A DNA stretch of 64,000 bases from Candidatus Eiseniibacteriota bacterium. Its GTDB lineage: Bacteria > Eisenbacteria > RBG-16-71-46 > CAVPCR01. The stretch spans positions 128,001 through 192,000 of the forward strand of contig CAVPCR010000005.1 in assembly GCA_963702435.1 (NCBI GenBank), given 5' to 3'. Shown here one piece after another: positions 59,189 to 64,000 of the stretch. The position numbers and the translations under genes were made by a program. The notes under the pieces were generated by a model that did no database searches, was not told where the DNA came from, and saw nothing but the letters and a program-made list of their open reading frames with translations. Within the stretch, counting starts at the first letter, position 1; every line of letters starts with the position of its first letter.

Positions 59189-59340
59189 GACCGGCCCGCA
59201 GTCCCGGTAGGACCGGCCCGCAGTCCCGGCAGGACCGGCCCGCAGTCCTGGCAGGACCGGCCCGCAGTCCTGGCAGGACCGGCCGGCAGTCCTGGCAGGA
59301 CCGGCCGGCAGTCCCTGGTAGGACCGGCCCGCAGTCCCGG
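59184..59340. repeat. 22-bp tandem repeat GG(T/C)AGGACCGGCC(C/G)GCAGTCC(C/T) x7
   Basis: Seven contiguous units starting at the pdxS stop; each has a GGAC...GTCC stem. Confidence 0.9.
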
Positions 59341-59371
59341 TCACGCGAACGCCGGTCCGGAGAGACGCGTC

Positions 59372-60076
59372 ATGGCTCCACTCATCGGTCTGCTCGCCAT
59401 GCAGGGCGACTACGGCGCGCACCGTGCCATGCTCGCGCGGCTGGGCGCGCGCACGCGTTCGGTGCGCGCGGCCGCCGACCTCGAGGACCTGGCCGGGCTC
59501 GTCATCCCCGGCGGCGAATCGACGACCATGCTGCGCCTTCTCGATCGCAACGGGCTCCGCGCGGGGCTGGCCGCCTTCACCGCCGCGCGTCCGACCTTCG
59601 GCACCTGCGCCGGGCTCATCCTCCTCGCCCGCGAAGTGACGAACCCGGCCCAGGACAGCCTCGCCGTCCTGGACGTGGCGGTCGAGCGGAACGCCTACGG
59701 CCGGCAGATCGACAGCTTCGTCGGCCAGATCCGCGCCGCGGCGCTCGGCGGCGTGGTCGAGGGGGTGTTCATCCGGGCGCCGCGCATCACGCGGCTCGGC
59801 GGCGGCGTGGAAGTCCTCGGCCGGCTGGACCCGGCCGTCCGGCCCTCGTCCTCGACCGGCGACGGCGGCTGGACGGGCGACGGCGGCGCGACCGGCGAGG
59901 GCGGCGCGGCCGCACCGGAGGGCGAGGCCGTCCTCGTCCGCGAAGGACATCTCCTCGCCGCCACGTTCCATCCCGAGCTGACCGCGGATCCGCGCATCCA
60001 CCGCTTCTTCCTGGACGAGATCGTCGGCGCCGGAAGCACCGCCCGCCCGGCGCGACCCGGCGGCAGTCCGTCTTGA
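59372..60076 (+). CDS. pdxT: Pyridoxal 5'-phosphate synthase glutaminase subunit
   Basis: GLLAMQGD, PGGESTT, FGTCAGLILLA, RNAYGRQ, FIRAP, FHPELT. Confidence 0.95.
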   Translation: MAPLIGLLAMQGDYGAHRAMLARLGARTRSVRAAADLEDLAGLVIPGGESTTMLRLLDRNGLRAGLAAFTAARPTFGTCAGLILLAREVTNPAQDSLAVLDVAVERNAYGRQIDSFVGQIRAAALGGVVEGVFIRAPRITRLGGGVEVLGRLDPAVRPSSSTGDGGWTGDGGATGEGGAAAPEGEAVLVREGHLLAATFHPELTADPRIHRFFLDEIVGAGSTARPARPGGSPS

Positions 60077-60170
60077 CGCACGCGAGCGGCGTGCTAGTGT
60101 CTTTCGTTCCCGGCGCGCCTCCAGAGGAGGCGCCCTGCCATCCCTATCCCATGATGGAGGTTTTTTCGCG

Positions 60171-60590
60171 ATGAAGTTTCTGCACGGCACGTGCGCCCTC
60201 GCCCTCGTTCTCGCTCTCCCCTTGATCGGCTGCGGCAACAAGGCCGCCGAGCAGCAGGCGACGACCGAAGGCACTCACTCCCAGCCGGCCGCCACCGAGA
60301 CGGCGGCCCCGGCCACCGAGACGGCCCCCGCCGTTGAAGCCACCGGCACTCCGGTCACCCTCACCGGGCTCGTCGGCTGCGGCCACTGCAATTTCCAGAA
60401 GACCGAGCACTGCTCGGCGGCGATCCAGACCGCCGGCGGCGAGGTCTACGTGATCGACGGCGTCACCACCGACTCGGAGATCTGGAAGCTGCGCGAGGAG
60501 AACGCCAAGAACTGCGAGGTCGTCGGTCCCGTTGCCAAGGGCGAGGACGGGCTCAACCACATCAAGATGACATCCTACAAGGTCCTCTAG
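60171..60590 (+). CDS. Lipoprotein with Ala/Thr/Pro linker and small Cys-containing domain (CGHC...C...C)
   Basis: LIGC lipobox; GGAGG RBS. Confidence 0.75.
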   Translation: MKFLHGTCALALVLALPLIGCGNKAAEQQATTEGTHSQPAATETAAPATETAPAVEATGTPVTLTGLVGCGHCNFQKTEHCSAAIQTAGGEVYVIDGVTTDSEIWKLREENAKNCEVVGPVAKGEDGLNHIKMTSYKVL

Positions 60591-60643
60591 GCGCCGCCCG
60601 GGCGCGCCTCGGATGCGCCCTCGCGAGCGCCGGCAGCCAATCC

Positions 60644-60682
60644 GCGCCGTCCGCCACGACCGGCGGGCGGCGCTTCTCGTTT
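60644..60682 (+). terminator. Probable intrinsic terminator
   Basis: GCGCCGTCCGCC-ACGACC-GGCGGGCGGCGC followed by TTCTCGTTT. Confidence 0.6.
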
Positions 60683-60755
60683 CCGGCGGCCGGATGCGCT
60701 ACCATCTGAGGCCGGCTGTAGCCGGGTGCGCGGGGGACAAGAGAGGCGATAGCGG

Positions 60756-61001
60756 ATGACCCTCGAATTCCAGATCCCGAGCTTCCTGATCGGGCTCGTC
60801 GTCGGGCTCGCGCTGATGCTGCTGCTCGGCCAGTCCTATCATCTCTTCTTCGGCCGCAAGCGCACCCGCGAGCTGGCGCGCGAGGTGGACCGGCTGGAGA
60901 AGGTCATCGCGCAGAAGGACCGCTACATCCGCAAGTCCCTCGACGCATTGAAGGAAGAAGGAATCGATCTCCCCGGAGCCGAGACGAGGAAGCAGACATG
61001 A
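60756..61001 (+). CDS. Small single-TM coiled-coil hypothetical protein
   Basis: N-terminal FLIGLVVGLALMLLLG, charged helix; ATGA overlap with the next gene. Confidence 0.7.
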   Translation: MTLEFQIPSFLIGLVVGLALMLLLGQSYHLFFGRKRTRELAREVDRLEKVIAQKDRYIRKSLDALKEEGIDLPGAETRKQT

Positions 61002-61300
61002 ACGAACGACTGGTACGCACGGCCAAGCAAGCCGCGATCGGCGGCATCGCCGGTTACATCGCGGAGCGCGGCATCGAGCATCTCACCGGCATCGATTTCG
61101 TGAACGGCGTGCTCGAGATCGCGGGCGCCTCGCTCGGCGCCGCCAACGCCAACCGCGACCTCGTGAGCATGGCCTACGAGGGCGCGCGTCTCGTCACCGG
61201 CAAGGAGCCGACCCGCCTCTCGAACGAGGAATGGGAGGCCGTGCGCGCGCGGTACCCGAAGGCCGTAGGCTACCTCGAACGCGCGCTGGCCGTGAGCTGA
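60998..61300 (+). CDS. Hypothetical protein (Gly-zipper-like helices)
   Basis: GAGGAAG RBS; translationally coupled; typical codon usage. Confidence 0.7.
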   Translation: MNERLVRTAKQAAIGGIAGYIAERGIEHLTGIDFVNGVLEIAGASLGAANANRDLVSMAYEGARLVTGKEPTRLSNEEWEAVRARYPKAVGYLERALAVS

Positions 61301-61347
61301 GTGGCACGCTCCCACGGCACCGCGCGCGCGGACCATCCCCACTCGCC

Positions 61348-62019
61348 ATGGCCACCCTCACCACCCTCATCGCCGCCGCCCTGCTCCGGCTCGGACTTCA
61401 GATCTCGAAGGAGCGCGGCTGGTATCCGAGCTCCTACTACGTGAAGAGCGCGCTCGATGCGCTGCGTGCCGACCAGATGGAGCGGGCCATCGCCGAGCTC
61501 GGGAAGGCCTGGCGGGAGGAGCCGAGCGAGGAGGTGCAGGTGGCGCGCGAGGTGATCCTCATGCGTCTTGATGCGGAGGATGACCGGCTCGCCGGGCGCG
61601 AGTCGGCAGCACAGAAGCTCCGCGATGCGGCAAGCGGCGAGATCACGGTGCTCGAGATCCGGCTCCGGCGGCTCGCCTTCGCCTACAACCCGCGCCTCGC
61701 CTGGATCGCGGCCGGCGCGGCAGCCGCGGTGATCGCCGTGGCCATCCTCGCCGCCGCTCGCTTCGCTCTCGCCCCGGCGGCCGCGGCAACCGGGGTCGCG
61801 TTTTTCGCGGTCGCCGCCGGCGCCCTGCTCAGGGTCGACCGGCGGCGCCAGCAGGCGGAGTTCGCGGCGCATCGCGCCGCACTGGGCGAAGGGGTGGCGG
61901 CGGAAATCGAGATCCTCCGGGCCGAGATCGCGGAGCGGGAGTCCGAGCTCACCGCCCTCGCGATCGAGCGCCGGAGGATCGCCGAGCACGTGCGCGCGCT
62001 GCCCGGCGCGCCGGTCTAG
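61348..62019 (+). CDS. Hypothetical membrane protein, two TM segments flanked by coiled coils
   Basis: ATG 61348; hydrophobic hairpin between heptad-rich segments. Confidence 0.65.
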   Translation: MATLTTLIAAALLRLGLQISKERGWYPSSYYVKSALDALRADQMERAIAELGKAWREEPSEEVQVAREVILMRLDAEDDRLAGRESAAQKLRDAASGEITVLEIRLRRLAFAYNPRLAWIAAGAAAAVIAVAILAAARFALAPAAAATGVAFFAVAAGALLRVDRRRQQAEFAAHRAALGEGVAAEIEILRAEIAERESELTALAIERRRIAEHVRALPGAPV

Positions 62020-62648
62020 AAGCGGTAGATAGCGCCGGCCAGCATCTCGAACTGGTGCGAGTAGTCGGCATCGCCGTACGTGTAGCAACCCCAGTACGGG
62101 TCGCACCAGTAACCGTCGGAATCGGTCTTGATGTAGGTCGGTGTCCAGCGAACGCCGAAGCGGGCACCCAGCTTCCCGCCGGGGAAGACCTTGACGCCCC
62201 CGCCCCAGGTGGTCGAGAACCTGGTCTCGTTGTCCACGTCGACACCCTCGATGTCGCCCGTCACGTAGTGCGTGGCGCCCAGGCCCACGAGGAAGTACGG
62301 GATGACCTGGGGGTTCACGCCGATGTTGTAGCAGTAGTAGGCATGGTAGTTGTTGACATCCAGATCGACGAGATCGGTGTCCCCGCCGGTGTAGCCGCCG
62401 CCGATGAGGGTGCTCTGCTGCTGGGACATCATGAAGCCGATCTCGGAGAACCGGTTGACGAAGAACCCAAAGTTGAAGCCGTAGGAAAGGCCGCTCTCCG
62501 GATCGACCTCGTCGTAGACGATCCCGTCGATCTCGACGCCTTCGCTGAACGTATAGCCGATGTGTGCGCCGATCTCGGCCTTGGGCGGCTGCGCCGCCGC
62601 CGCCGAGGCCACGAGCAGAAGTAACGCAGCCAGAACGATCTTGCCCAT
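62016..62648 (-). CDS. Outer-membrane beta-barrel (OmpA-like/porin family) protein
   Basis: AGGAGGAGG RBS; signal peptide; PYFLVGLGAT, WGGGVKVF, terminal aromatic AGAIYRF. Confidence 0.85.
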   Translation of the reverse strand: MGKIVLAALLLLVASAAAAQPPKAEIGAHIGYTFSEGVEIDGIVYDEVDPESGLSYGFNFGFFVNRFSEIGFMMSQQQSTLIGGGYTGGDTDLVDLDVNNYHAYYCYNIGVNPQVIPYFLVGLGATHYVTGDIEGVDVDNETRFSTTWGGGVKVFPGGKLGARFGVRWTPTYIKTDSDGYWCDPYWGCYTYGDADYSHQFEMLAGAIYRF

Positions 62649-62821
62649 CTCTACCCCTCCTCCTTGAAGTCTGAGGTGAGGAACGAGCTCCTGTAGCCCG
62701 GTTCTCACTGTCGGCGGGGAGGATACCACAGGTTGCATGCCACCCCTCCCCCGCGGTCGCGGAGGATAGCATGGCCGCTCACCGCTTGCCACGGGTGCGG
62801 CCAGCCGCTAGCGTCCCGGCC

Positions 62822-64000
62822 ATGACCCTGCCCCCGCACAAGACCAGGATCGTGGCCACTCTCGGCCCTGCGTCCGAGTCACCGGCCGTCATGGAAGCCA
62901 TGATCCAGGCCGGCATGAACGTGGCCCGGCTCAACTTCTCCCACGGCGACTTCGCCACCCACGGCCGCCTCATCCGAACCCTGCGCGCCGCCGCCGGCGC
63001 TGCGGGCCGGGACGTGGCCATCCTCGCCGACCTCCCCGGACCGAAGATGCGGATCGGCCGGCTCGCGAGCGAGCCGCTCGATCTCACGCCGGGGGCTGCA
63101 TTCACGCTCACGACGGAGGCGGTGACCGGCGACGCGACCCGCGCCGCGGTCAGCTTCGCGCGGCTGCCCGCCGTCGTCCGGCCGGGCGACCGGCTCTTCC
63201 TGAACGACGGTTTGATCCAGCTCGAGGTGACCGGGGTCGCTCCACCCGAGGTGCACTGCCGCGTGGTGGCCGGCGGCGAGCTCCGTTCGCGGAAAGGGCT
63301 CAACATCCCCGGCATCGACCTCGGGGTCTCTGCCTTCACCGAGCGCGACCGCGAATGCCTGCGCTTCGCCATCGAAAACGGAGTGGACCTCGTCAGCCAG
63401 TCGTTCGTCGAGTCGGCGGCCGACATCGCGGCGGTGCGCGCGGCAGCGGCCGACTGCGGTCGGGTGCCCTTCCTCATCGCCAAGATCGAGCGCTCGCGGG
63501 CCCTCGAGCGCGTGGACGAGATCCTCGCCGCCGCGGACGGCATGATGATCGCGCGCGGCGACCTCGGGGTCGAGGTGCCGATCGAACGCATGGCCGTGAT
63601 CCAGAAGGATCTCATGAGACGCGCGATGCGCGCCGGCAAGCCGGTGATCACGGCGACCCAGATGCTCGAGTCGATGACCGCGAACCCGCGGCCCACGCGC
63701 GCCGAGGCGACCGACGTGGCGAACGCGGTCCTCGACGGCACCGACTGCGTGATGCTGTCCGGGGAATCGGCGACCGGGAAGTACCCGGTCGAGGCGGTCG
63801 CGACCCTCGCCCGGATCGCGGCCGCCACCGAGCCCGAGCGCAACCGGTTCGAGTTCTGGGAGCAGCTGAAGACGCTCCGCCCCGAGCTCGATCTCGCGAT
63901 GTCGGACCTGGTCTCCCTGAGCGTCGAGGCGATGCTCACGGGGACGGTCGCCGCCCTTGTCCTCGTCCCGACGCGGAGCGGCGCCACACCGCGCTCGATC
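62822..64000 (+). CDS. pyk: Pyruvate kinase (runs off window end)
   Basis: KTRIVATLGPAS, GMNVARLNFSHG, DLPGPKMR, IAKIE, MIARGDLGVE, ITATQMLESM, MLSGESA. Confidence 0.97.
   Translation, partial: MTLPPHKTRIVATLGPASESPAVMEAMIQAGMNVARLNFSHGDFATHGRLIRTLRAAAGAAGRDVAILADLPGPKMRIGRLASEPLDLTPGAAFTLTTEAVTGDATRAAVSFARLPAVVRPGDRLFLNDGLIQLEVTGVAPPEVHCRVVAGGELRSRKGLNIPGIDLGVSAFTERDRECLRFAIENGVDLVSQSFVESAADIAAVRAAAADCGRVPFLIAKIERSRALERVDEILAAADGMMIARGDLGVEVPIERMAVIQKDLMRRAMRAGKPVITATQMLESMTANPRPTRAEATDVANAVLDGTDCVMLSGESATGKYPVEAVATLARIAAATEPERNRFEFWEQLKTLRPELDLAMSDLVSLSVEAMLTGTVAALVLVPTRSGATPRSI

Noticed and set aside
60378..60389. CGHC as a thioredoxin/PDI active site in the lipoprotein
   Set aside because: Domain is too short and lacks thioredoxin-fold context; more likely a metal-binding or structural motif

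Overview
Very GC-rich bacterial DNA. The many secreted proteins with FlgD-Ig/T9SS-like C-termini, a PorV-like gene and C-terminal 'TWGxxKxx(Y/F)R' tails suggest an FCB-group candidate lineage such as Eisenbacteria, Krumholzibacteria or Latescibacteria (inference). (1) 1-18.5 kb and 37-45 kb hold two halves of a probable beta-1,2-glucan utilisation system: LacI, a CBM9-like secreted protein, a TonB-dependent receptor, a large surface protein, a PorV-like barrel, two GH144-like glucanases, a stand-alone GH94 phosphorylase, a GH1, an ABC sugar transporter and a discoidin/six-hairpin glycosidase. (2) 19.8-37 kb is a block of secreted proteins: a BNR/YCF48-repeat protein, a tandemly duplicated tetraheme cytochrome c + ATL cassette, and two paralogous Cys-rich ~1170-1180 aa proteins behind a sigma-54 promoter with a palindromic enhancer candidate and an adjacent TPR-bEBP. 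It also holds an Omp28-like secreted protein whose true ORF (36930-34849) contains an in-frame TGA in a U-P-G-C redox motif, i.e. a candidate secreted selenoprotein missed by the ORF track. (3) 45-64 kb holds a membrane protein, Rrf2, double-length UvrA, acyl-CoA dehydrogenase, a DUF222-HNH gene bracketed by four 16-bp palindromes, pdxR-pdxS-pdxT, small hypothetical genes, an OM beta-barrel and partial pyk. Many apparent frameshifts, densest at 39.7-44.7 kb, look like sequencing indels. No rRNA, tRNA or CRISPR array was seen.
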